Shown here piece after piece: positions 1 through 8,018 of a stretch of 64,000 bases of DNA (positions are counted from its first letter, which is position 1; the number at the start of each line of letters is the position of its first letter). A program made the position numbers and the translations under genes. The stretch is from positions 12,695 through 76,694 of the forward strand of contig CAKOWU010000006.1 of assembly GCA_934129885.1 (NCBI GenBank), written 5' to 3'. The notes under the pieces are model-generated. The model saw nothing but the letters and a program-made list of their open reading frames with translations, did not search any database and was not told the origin of the DNA. This DNA comes from an uncultured Bacilli bacterium. GTDB lineage: Bacteria; Bacillota_I; Bacilli_A; RF39; UBA660.

Positions 1-384
1 TTACTGGTAGAACATGGTATTTGGAACAGGTGGGTTCAGCCTGGTGGTCATATGGAAGATAATGAAACTCCAGAAGAAACAGCGATTAGAGAAGTGTTCG
101 AGGAGACAGGTATTAAGATTAGTCTGATAGGTGAACATTTTCCTAGAGAAGACGATATGATTAGACCACTTGGTATTCAGTGCAATAGAAAGGATAATGG
201 GGATAGGCAATTTGATATTATATATGCTGCGGTGCCAAATAATCCGGATAGTGCACTGATGATGAGCGAAGAAAGTACGGGTATTGGCTGGTTTTCTAGA
301 GAGGAACTTGAGAATTTATCTGTATTTCCTGATGTGAAAATTACTGTGGATTATATTTTGAAAAAATATTTTGGAGTAAATTAG
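1..384 (+). CDS. NUDIX hydrolase (5' end outside window)
   Basis: The frame is open from base 1. Nudix box 'GGHMEDNETPEETAIREVFEETG' (GX5EX7REUXEEXGU pattern). Confidence 0.85.
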   Translation, partial: LLVEHGIWNRWVQPGGHMEDNETPEETAIREVFEETGIKISLIGEHFPREDDMIRPLGIQCNRKDNGDRQFDIIYAAVPNNPDSALMMSEESTGIGWFSREELENLSVFPDVKITVDYILKKYFGVN

Positions 385-467
385 GCGTTAGTGATAGTGC
401 TTTTTCTGTGATTTACTTTCTTTTTTGATGTTAGTTTATTATCTTGTATGGTTTGGTTGTGGTGCCG

Positions 468-758
468 TTACCTTCTATTTTGATGTTGGATTGGTTTGAC
501 GGCGTAAGCATGATCGAAATAATAGCCACTTAACCAGCCCAATCCACTTTGGTCGGCAGTTAGTTCTTTGATATTACCTTTAGCGTTAAAGGTAAGGTTG
601 GTGCTGAAGGCAGAATAGCTTGTGGCAAGTATAAAAGTTAAACTTAAGAATGATGTCGTGAGTATTATTCTATGTTTTATAATATTTTTTTTCTTAATCT
701 TCTTTTGTGCTTTTTCCTCATAAAATGTACCGGCCTTTCTATTAGAGTTATCATACAA
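468..758 (-). CDS. Small membrane-anchored protein; only the N-terminal module of the local surface-protein family (probably a truncated copy)
   Basis: K-rich stretch, then TM, then 'SYSAFSTNLTFNAKGNIKEL', shared with the ORFs at 45746-46207 and 49464-50477. TTG start, no clear SD. Confidence 0.45.
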   Translation of the reverse strand: MYDNSNRKAGTFYEEKAQKKIKKKNIIKHRIILTTSFLSLTFILATSYSAFSTNLTFNAKGNIKELTADQSGLGWLSGYYFDHAYAVKPIQHQNRR

Positions 759-968
759 CTGTAAGTTATACGTTAACTTAAGGAACTTATATAGTGAAAA
801 TTCTTTATTTTATAATTGTTTAATATTTATAGATACTATGTATTGGGGTATCTTTTTTTGTTGTTTTTATATTTTTTAGGGATTTAATATTTGGCTGTGC
901 AGGTGCAAAAAAAATAAACCTCTTATATATGAGATTTATTCTGGTTTTACCAAAAACGTGAAACTCTA

Positions 969-1991
969 TTATTTTATTATTCCAGTAAACACTAATATTA
1001 GAAATAATAAGTAGAATAACCCACATGTTAATAGCATTTTGGCTGTTAGATGTTTTTTTGTTTTAAGTTCTATTAGTAGTAGACTGGCTGAGCCAATGGC
1101 TATTAGGGCAGATATTAATGTTCCAGATGATGTTAATGACCAGTTTGTGAGTAATATTCCGATGGCTGGTAATATTGATGCTTGGAACATCATGGCACCG
1201 GTTATATTACCTAGCGCAAGGGTATCTTTTTCACGTGATATCCAAATGACGCTGTTGAATTTTTCTGGTAGTTCTGTGGCAATTGGTGTTAAAATAATTG
1301 CTAGCACAAATGCTGGTATGTGCATTAGGTTTGATATGTAACTTAATGAGTTTACAAATTTATCGGCTCCAAATATTATTAGGAACAGTGCTACTGCGGC
1401 TTGAAATATAACGAGTATTATGGCATATTTTTCCTTCATTATGTTTGAATTTTTTAATGAAAAATATAGTTCTGGTATTTCGTTATCTTGTTCATCACGA
1501 TTTCCTTTGACTAGTTCTACTATGTATAGAATGTAGCCTATAAATAGGCTAATTGCTATAAATATTTTTATGGTTTTTAGACTTTCTGGGATGAAACCAC
1601 ATACGAGTGCAAGGGTAAATGAAAAGATAAAATATTTTAAGTCATGTGAGATATTTTTAATATTTACTAAGGCTTTATCATGGTGGGTTCTTTTCTTTTT
1701 ACATAGTATTATGGCACATCCGGTTACGAACATGGTTAAGGTCGAAAGCATTAGGGGGGATCCTAGGATGGCTCCTATTCCTATTTCTGATGAATGGGCG
1801 GTATCGTTTGTTAAGAGTGCTATGATAGGAATGAGGGTTTCTGGTAAGGCTGTACCAATGGCCGCTAGTACGGAACCTACAGCACCTTCTGATAGGTTAA
1901 GTAGTTTTCCAAGCCATTCTATGGCATTTACGAACAGTTCTGCTGCGACGAGTATTATTATGAGACTTAATATTAATATTGCAAATTCCAT
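969..1991 (-). CDS. CaCA-family sodium/calcium exchanger membrane protein
   Basis: Polytopic membrane protein with two alpha-repeat-like motifs, 'GTALPETLIPIIA' and 'GNITGAMMFQASI'. The ATG at 1991 has a GGTGA RBS. The longer ORF reaching 2069 lacks an RBS. Confidence 0.75.
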   Translation of the reverse strand: MEFAILILSLIIILVAAELFVNAIEWLGKLLNLSEGAVGSVLAAIGTALPETLIPIIALLTNDTAHSSEIGIGAILGSPLMLSTLTMFVTGCAIILCKKKRTHHDKALVNIKNISHDLKYFIFSFTLALVCGFIPESLKTIKIFIAISLFIGYILYIVELVKGNRDEQDNEIPELYFSLKNSNIMKEKYAIILVIFQAAVALFLIIFGADKFVNSLSYISNLMHIPAFVLAIILTPIATELPEKFNSVIWISREKDTLALGNITGAMMFQASILPAIGILLTNWSLTSSGTLISALIAIGSASLLLIELKTKKHLTAKMLLTCGLFYLLFLILVFTGIIK

Positions 1992-2085
1992 TTTATCACC
2001 AAAACAATTATACTTATAATGCAATAGATAGTCAATTAAAAATTGGTTATCTTCTTTAATGGCATTCAATTTAAGGGGTTAGTGT

Positions 2086-2114
2086 TTTACAAATTTGTAA
2101 ATACGTGCTATAAT
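2086..2114 (+). promoter_or_regulatory. Sigma-A type promoter of typA
   Basis: TTTACA, 17 bp spacer, TATAAT, with TG at -15/-14 (TGcTATAAT), about 30 bp upstream of the typA start. Confidence 0.6.
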
Positions 2115-2144
2115 ATGCAAAGTTTATAAAGGAAGTGTTTTTTT

Positions 2145-3959
2145 ATGAAACAAAGAAATATTGCGATTATTGCACACGTAGATCATGGTAAGACTACTTT
2201 GGTTGATAAGTTATTACAAATGTCTGGTACTTTTAGAGAGAATGAAGATGTTTCGGTACGTGTAATGGACTCTAATGATATTGAGAGGGAAAGAGGTATT
2301 ACTATACTTGCGAAGACGACCGCTATTAATTATAAAGGATATAGAATTAATATTTTAGATACTCCTGGTCACGCGGATTTTGGTGGCGAGGTCGAGAGAA
2401 TTATGAATATGGTTGATGGCGTATTACTTGTTGTTGATGCATATGAGGGTACTATGCCACAGACTAGGTTTGTTCTTAAGAAGGCTTTGGATGCTGGGGT
2501 TACTCCTATTGTTGTTGTAAATAAGGTTGATAAGGATTCTGCTAGACCTACTGAGGTTGTTGATGAGGTTCTTGATTTATTTATTGAACTTGGTGCTTCT
2601 TTGGAACAATTAGATTTCCCAGTTATTTATGCTTCTGCGCTTTCTGGTACTTCTAGTTTATCTCCCGATTTATCTACGCAAAAGGAGACTATGGATCCTA
2701 TTTTAGATACTGTTATTAATCATATTCCTGCTCCTAAGGTGGAAGAAAACGGGCCACTGCAATTTCAACCAGCACTTTTAGACTACAATGATTTTGTCGG
2801 ACGTATCGGTGTTGGTTTAATAAAAAGAGGAAAGATTAAACTTAATAGTATGGTTTCTTGTGTTCGCTTTGATGGCTCTATTAAGCAGTTTAGAGTTCAG
2901 AAAATTTTTGGTTATTTAGGTCTTAATAAGATTGAGCTTCAGGAAGCACATGCGGGCGATATTGTTGCTATTGCGGGATTACCGGACATTTCTGTCGGTG
3001 AGACTGTGTGTGAGGTTGGAAAAGAGGAAGCGTTACCGCATTTACGTATTGATGAGCCAACTTTACAAATGAGATTTGGTGTTAATACTTCGCCTTTCTG
3101 TGGTAAAGAAGGAAAGTTTATTACTGCTAGAAAGATAGAGGAAAGACTTATGAAGGAAACTGAAAGGGATGTTTCACTTAAGGTTGAGCCTTTTGATTCG
3201 GAGTCTTGGACTGTTTCTGGTAGAGGTGAGTTACATCTTTCTATTTTAATTGAAAATATGCGTAGAGGTGGCTATGAAATTGAGGTATCTAAACCAGAGA
3301 TAATTGTTAAGGAAATAGATGGCACTAAATACGAGCCATATGAAGATGTTCAAATTGATGTCCCTGATGAGTATGTTGGTAGTGTTATTGAAATTCTTGG
3401 TACTCGTGGTGGAAGTATGGAGAATATGGATTCTAAGGAAAATCAGACTAGACTTAATTATGTTATGCCATCTAGGGGATTAATTGGTTTTATGACTGAT
3501 TTTATGACACTTACTAAAGGTTATGGTATTATTAACCACACTTTTAAGGAATATTTACCTATGACTAGTGCTGCGGTTGGTCAAAGAAAGAATGGCGTTT
3601 TGGTTTCTATGGAAAATGGTAAGGCAACTGCTTATTCTTTGGGCGCTCTTGAGGACAGAGGTGTTATGTTTATTGAACCTGGTACTGATGTATATGAGGG
3701 CATGATTGTTGGCGAGAATAATCATGATAATGATCTTGCAGTAAATGTTGTTAAGGGTAAGCAACTTACAAATACTCGTTCTGCGGGTAAGGATCATACT
3801 GTGGTTTTGAAAAGACCTAGAGAGATGAGTTTGGAAGTTTGTCTTGATTATATTAATGATGATGAACTCGTTGAGGTTACTCCTGTTAGTTACAGACTTC
3901 GTAAGAAGATTTTAAATACTAACGAAAGAAAGAAATTTGATAATAAGAAAAAGGCTTAG
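2145..3959 (+). CDS. typA: Translational GTPase TypA/BipA
   Basis: 'NIAIIAHVDHGKTTLVD', 'DTPGHADFGGEVER', 'NKVD'. The 604-aa full-length architecture is typical of BipA. Confidence 0.97.
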   Translation: MKQRNIAIIAHVDHGKTTLVDKLLQMSGTFRENEDVSVRVMDSNDIERERGITILAKTTAINYKGYRINILDTPGHADFGGEVERIMNMVDGVLLVVDAYEGTMPQTRFVLKKALDAGVTPIVVVNKVDKDSARPTEVVDEVLDLFIELGASLEQLDFPVIYASALSGTSSLSPDLSTQKETMDPILDTVINHIPAPKVEENGPLQFQPALLDYNDFVGRIGVGLIKRGKIKLNSMVSCVRFDGSIKQFRVQKIFGYLGLNKIELQEAHAGDIVAIAGLPDISVGETVCEVGKEEALPHLRIDEPTLQMRFGVNTSPFCGKEGKFITARKIEERLMKETERDVSLKVEPFDSESWTVSGRGELHLSILIENMRRGGYEIEVSKPEIIVKEIDGTKYEPYEDVQIDVPDEYVGSVIEILGTRGGSMENMDSKENQTRLNYVMPSRGLIGFMTDFMTLTKGYGIINHTFKEYLPMTSAAVGQRKNGVLVSMENGKATAYSLGALEDRGVMFIEPGTDVYEGMIVGENNHDNDLAVNVVKGKQLTNTRSAGKDHTVVLKRPREMSLEVCLDYINDDELVEVTPVSYRLRKKILNTNERKKFDNKKKA

Positions 3960-3963
3960 CAAT

Positions 3964-4103
3964 AAAATACTCTATAAAGTTTTAACCTTTATAGAGTATT
4001 TTTACATTTATTTACATTCAATTATAAAACATGATTATTTTTGCAATAAATTACTTATTGACTCGTTTTTTCTTTAATTTTGTGGTTGAATAAATATTAT
4101 TTT
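3964..4103. repeat. Left copy of an imperfect direct repeat of about 140 bp (partner at 12680-12818)
   Basis: By-eye alignment: identical hairpin arms 'aatactctataaag/ctttatagagtatt', then 'tttacattt(a/g)tttacatt', 'gattattttt', 'ttacttattg', 'tgtggtt(g/a)aataaat'. Confidence 0.85.
3966..4003 (+). terminator. Rho-independent terminator of typA
   Basis: 14-bp perfect stem (3966-3979 / 3987-4000), 7-nt loop, T-run. Confidence 0.85.
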
Positions 4104-4402
4104 CGGAAAGATATTCAAGTGTTATAGTTAATAAAAAATATAAGTTTAATTATGAAAGTAATGTTTATCGAATTTTAAGGTGATTTTAATTTAGTACTAT
4201 CTAGTAAGTAAGATATAATTTGGTGAAGAAACAATTTAATAAAAAGAGAAATTTAGGCATTTACTTTGTACCTAAGGAAAAGCATCACAAACCCTTATAA
4301 ATATTGGTTATAGTGATGCTTTTTAAGTTGATTAACTGAAAAAGCATGGTTATATCATTAGTGAAATATAATCATAAGAATTAATAAATTAATGTTGTTA
4401 AT

Positions 4403-4430
4403 TTGACAAATCTTTTTAATTTTGTATAAT
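4403..4430 (+). promoter_or_regulatory. Sigma-A type promoter for the first island genes
   Basis: TTGACA (4403-4408), 16 bp spacer, TATAAT (4425-4430), preceded by TG. Confidence 0.55.
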
Positions 4431-4461
4431 AACATTGTTTTTTAAGAGGGGAGAGATTATT

Positions 4462-5571
4462 ATGGTGGATAATAGCTATGGGGATAATATGTTTAGTAAA
4501 AATTCAGGTTTTCTAAAAAAACAATCAGATATTGTCTCATTATCTAATAGTAATGATTTTGATGATTGGATTAATGAAGTTAATCAGATATTTGATGAGA
4601 TAGAAAACGGTAAATCCGAAGGGAAATATAAACATTTAACAAAAACAGATTTAGAAGAATTATGTGATATAGTAAAATCGTATAAAGATTATAATGCTTC
4701 TGAGGCTGCCTCTAAGCTTTTATATGCAATGATGAAGATTCAAGATAGACTTTTTGAAGAAAAGTTTTTACTTCTACAAACTAAAGATATATTAGATTCA
4801 TTAAATTCATTACATTTTCCACATTTTGGTCAAAAACAAATTGCTACTAAAGATGGTGACGCTAGTAATGTTGCGTTGTCAGTTTTGCCTTATGCTATAG
4901 CTAGTGGCTATATAGAGAATCCTAGTAAAAAAACTGTAATTATTGCTAAATTAATTGGGAGAGATATATTGAATGACTATCAAGAAAAATCTAAAACGTT
5001 AGATAAAGGATGTTTACCTTTTGTGGATGAGGAAAAAAACGGTATAATGGCAATTATGAATGTAGTTAGGGTAAATGCTAAAAAATTAGTGGCAGGTAAG
5101 CAACTTGAAAATTGTATATATCCGGAAACTACTATGGCTTATATATATTCTTTATTAAAAGATGATATAAAAAATCCTTTTAAATACCTTGACTTTTTAA
5201 AGAAAAAAATTAAACAAAATGCTAGTGATACTTATTTAAATATTATTGCTCTTTATTCTGCTGATGATTTATTAGAAGGGCAGGTTGCTATTAGTGAAAT
5301 GGAGTGCGATATTGAAGATAGGGTGATTTACAATCCAATTAAGTTTTCATTTGATGATAATATTATTATAATAGGACTTGCTAAGAAATTAAAATCTGAT
5401 GGCTCTTATTTAGATGATTTTATTAAGTTATTAGTAGAAAATGGTTTGGCAAATGACCTTAATAATGTAAAAATAAAAGATTTTGAATTAGAATATGATC
5501 TATATAATAAGAAAGAAAAAAGTTATCAATATAAATTAAATTATAAAGATGATAAAATTAATGATTTGTAA
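4462..5571 (+). CDS. Hypothetical protein (island gene 1)
   Basis: Long ORF. ATG at 4462 is preceded by 'agaggggaga'. No motif recognised. Confidence 0.7.
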   Translation: MVDNSYGDNMFSKNSGFLKKQSDIVSLSNSNDFDDWINEVNQIFDEIENGKSEGKYKHLTKTDLEELCDIVKSYKDYNASEAASKLLYAMMKIQDRLFEEKFLLLQTKDILDSLNSLHFPHFGQKQIATKDGDASNVALSVLPYAIASGYIENPSKKTVIIAKLIGRDILNDYQEKSKTLDKGCLPFVDEEKNGIMAIMNVVRVNAKKLVAGKQLENCIYPETTMAYIYSLLKDDIKNPFKYLDFLKKKIKQNASDTYLNIIALYSADDLLEGQVAISEMECDIEDRVIYNPIKFSFDDNIIIIGLAKKLKSDGSYLDDFIKLLVENGLANDLNNVKIKDFELEYDLYNKKEKSYQYKLNYKDDKINDL

Positions 5572-5604
5572 AATATATAATTATTAAACGAGGGGGAGAT
5601 AAAA

Positions 5605-6330
5605 ATGTTAAGTAATGATATAATAATAAAATTTTTAAATGATATTGAAAATCCAGGAATAAATGTAAGCAAACGTGTGGAGCAATATTTGTCTATTGTA
5701 CCTGGCGACAAAAAGAAACAAACAATTTATGAAGTGATTGATGGGTTGAAAGAAATTAAAGAAGAAAAAGAAGTTTTAGAATCTTGTGAATTGTTTGAAA
5801 GACAAATAAAAATTTTAGATGAGATAATTAAGGAACTTATAAAAAGAGGAAAACATATGAATAAAAAAGTGCATATGAATAAAAAAGAAGATTTTGCTGA
5901 TAAACAAGAACAGAATAATAAACAAGTATTTTCTGAAGAAACTGAAAAAGCACCTGAGGTTACTGAAAATTTAAATGGGGGTGATACTTTGGATAATTCA
6001 GAGAGTATTAATGAAACAGAGGAGTTAGAACAAGTTAATATTAGTGCACAAGAATCTTCAGATAAAATAGAAAATTTTACTGGACAAGTAAGTAAAGATG
6101 AACTTGAAAATTATATATGTTTATTGAAAGAGCAATTTGATTCGTTAAAAGAAACAAATGACATAAAAGAGGCTTTAATTGATAAAATAAATGAAGTTCA
6201 AGCGGAAATAGCTAAAGAAATTGAAAGAGGTATTCAGTTGGATGAACAATTAATTGCTTTGCAAAGTAAGAATATTGGAATAAAAGAGGATGGAAATGAT
6301 GGACGTCAATTTGTTAAAAACAATGAATGA
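5605..6330 (+). CDS. Hypothetical acidic coiled-coil protein (island gene 2)
   Basis: ORF with RBS 'gaggggga'. E/K/D-rich. No motif recognised. Confidence 0.65.
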   Translation: MLSNDIIIKFLNDIENPGINVSKRVEQYLSIVPGDKKKQTIYEVIDGLKEIKEEKEVLESCELFERQIKILDEIIKELIKRGKHMNKKVHMNKKEDFADKQEQNNKQVFSEETEKAPEVTENLNGGDTLDNSESINETEELEQVNISAQESSDKIENFTGQVSKDELENYICLLKEQFDSLKETNDIKEALIDKINEVQAEIAKEIERGIQLDEQLIALQSKNIGIKEDGNDGRQFVKNNE

Positions 6331-6427
6331 AAAACAATTACAAGAATTGTTAGAAAGCCTTGAAAATGAATTGCAGATTTTGAAGCTTAAAAATTTGAAG
6401 AAAGAAATATTAATTGAAACGCTATAA
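6290..6427 (+). CDS. Possible 45-aa coiled-coil micro-ORF overlapping the end of island gene 2
   Basis: 'MEMMDVNLLKTMNEKQLQELLESLENELQILKLKNLKKEILIETL', immediately followed by a hairpin plus T-run (6428-6450). No clear RBS. Confidence 0.2.
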   Translation: MEMMDVNLLKTMNEKQLQELLESLENELQILKLKNLKKEILIETL

Positions 6428-6545
6428 GCTGTTTTTACGGCTTTTTTCCATAGTGATTTTATGGAAATTTGGTATACAAAAATGTAAAACTTTAAGTAAA
6501 ATTAGTTACTGTTTACATAATTCTTGATAAATGTTGCTTTTCTTA

Positions 6546-6554
6546 TGCTATAAT
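6546..6554 (+). promoter_or_regulatory. Extended -10 element upstream of the sigma gene
   Basis: TGcTATAAT. The nearest TTGATA lies 19 bp upstream, so its spacing is suboptimal. Confidence 0.4.
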
Positions 6555-6587
6555 GAAAAAAATAGAGTGTTATAGGGGGTGGACGCT

Positions 6588-8018
6588 ATGGATAAATATA
6601 TATTGCCAAAAAATTTGGCTAAATACGGATATGGCTGTGATGATCCTGTTAGGACTGCTTTTTCGGTAGATGAAGAGGGATTATTTGATTATGATTCTTT
6701 AGAATCAATTGACGATGATATATTAGATGAAGAAACTGTTAAAGTAAATGTGAATAAAATTATAACGGTTGTTGATAATTTGGCGTATGAACATAGAAAA
6801 CTTTTAAAAAACGGGAGTCAATATTTTGAACTGGAGTCAATTATACCATTACATGAAATAAAAGAAAAATTTGATAATGATAATGAGATTAAATTGGCTT
6901 TGGATTATGCAATTAGTATGGGTTATAAAATTCGTGGTAATGATGCTGATATGGAAAGTGAACAAGAAAATTATTATAGACATGCGGATAATGCTAAAAT
7001 TAATTTACCAATACCATATGAAAGAAATTATCAAAATCAATTACTAGAACAATTAATTACATATAGAAATATATTGTGTTCTTTAATGTATTTAGATGGC
7101 GAAAATGTGTCTTTTGAAAAAAAAGACACCATAAAATTAAACATGGATGATGACACAGAAGAATTTTTAGCTTTTAAAAATAAATATTCAGAAATATTTT
7201 CAGAATATTATCGAATTAGGGGTGAAATAGCTGAGCATAATATGAGGTTAGTAAATTGGTGGTTCTATAAACAGAAAATAAAGGAGATAAATACTGAAAA
7301 TTTTATTTCTACTGGTTATCTAATTTTGTTTAAGGCTATCGATAATTATGTGCGCAAGCCAGAAAATTTGAAAAATTATGCATTATCAACATTTATATGT
7401 AATCAACTTAATTGGATGTTTGTTAAGAGTAATAAAGGTATAGCAGAATATGATGATACTACTTTTATAAGGCTTCCGGATTATATTGTTACGCAAATAA
7501 ATAAATATAAAAAAGTTAGAAATGCTTTGTCTGAGTTTGGTGAACCTACAAGTAGTGAGATAGGGGGAGCGATGGGACTTTATAGTGAAAGAGTTAGGGA
7601 ACTTGAAATGTTAGATGAAAGAAAAAAAGTTTTGAGTTTAGATGAACTACTTTCTCAAAATCTAGATTTAGAAATTTATTCAGTTGGTTTAGAGAAACCA
7701 ATGGTTTCTCATGATCCGGAATTGGTGGCAGAATTTAATGAGGTTAAAGAAAGCGTGTCTAGAGTATTGGATAGATTTTCTGAAAGAGAAAGAAAAGTTA
7801 TTGAACTAAGATTTGGACTAAAAGATGGTTACCAACGTACTCTTGAAGAAGTCGCCCGTGAATTTGGTGTAACTAGAGAGAGAATAGCACAAATGGAAAG
7901 TAAGGTTTTAGCAAAATTACGTCTTGCTTCTAATAGTTCAGAACTTAATAAATATGTAGTTGATGGTGTTAGTCCGTATTCAGAGATAGAGGCAGAATAT
8001 GGCGGTCGCACTTTATAA
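6588..8018 (+). CDS. RpoD-like sigma-70 family sigma factor paralog with a long N-terminal extension
   Basis: Region 2 'HNMRLVNWW...FISTGYLILFKAIDNY', region 3 'IRLPDYIVTQINKYKKVRNAL', region 4 'ERERKVIELRFGLKDGYQRTLEEVAREFGVTRERIAQMESKVLAKLR'. Confidence 0.85.
   Translation: MDKYILPKNLAKYGYGCDDPVRTAFSVDEEGLFDYDSLESIDDDILDEETVKVNVNKIITVVDNLAYEHRKLLKNGSQYFELESIIPLHEIKEKFDNDNEIKLALDYAISMGYKIRGNDADMESEQENYYRHADNAKINLPIPYERNYQNQLLEQLITYRNILCSLMYLDGENVSFEKKDTIKLNMDDDTEEFLAFKNKYSEIFSEYYRIRGEIAEHNMRLVNWWFYKQKIKEINTENFISTGYLILFKAIDNYVRKPENLKNYALSTFICNQLNWMFVKSNKGIAEYDDTTFIRLPDYIVTQINKYKKVRNALSEFGEPTSSEIGGAMGLYSERVRELEMLDERKKVLSLDELLSQNLDLEIYSVGLEKPMVSHDPELVAEFNEVKESVSRVLDRFSERERKVIELRFGLKDGYQRTLEEVAREFGVTRERIAQMESKVLAKLRLASNSSELNKYVVDGVSPYSEIEAEYGGRTL

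Noticed and set aside
1039-2019. ORFs at 1039-1341 and 1570-2019 (+), antisense to the CaCA transporter gene.
   Set aside because: They are shadow ORFs inside a well-supported minus-strand membrane-protein gene. They have no RBS and an odd composition.
969-2069. Full 366-aa version of the transporter ORF, and similar 5'-extended versions of other ORFs (for example 18007, 28325, 33572, 35014, 43397, 44897, 55884, 57709).
   Set aside because: Internal ATG codons with good Shine-Dalgarno sequences coincide with the N-termini expected from homolog architecture. The upstream extensions run through promoters or terminators.
3555-3797. Antisense ORF inside typA, and similar antisense or alternative-frame ORFs at 7829-8011, 9389-9601, 11285-11620, 14358-14561, 15495-15707, 16129-16401, 17189-17422, 18829-19804 (several), 21007-21240, 23312-23506, 25672-25869, 29505-29753, 30261-30866, 31218-31439, 32991-33173, 34095-34494, 36561-36800, 43681-44082, 47151-47480, 48095-48373, 52404-52625, 54421-54684, 56232-56432, 58362-58580, 61232-61429, 61980-62228 and 62935-63286.
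   Set aside because: All are embedded in longer ORFs that carry strong motifs on the other strand or in another frame. This is typical of low-complexity AT-rich shadow frames.
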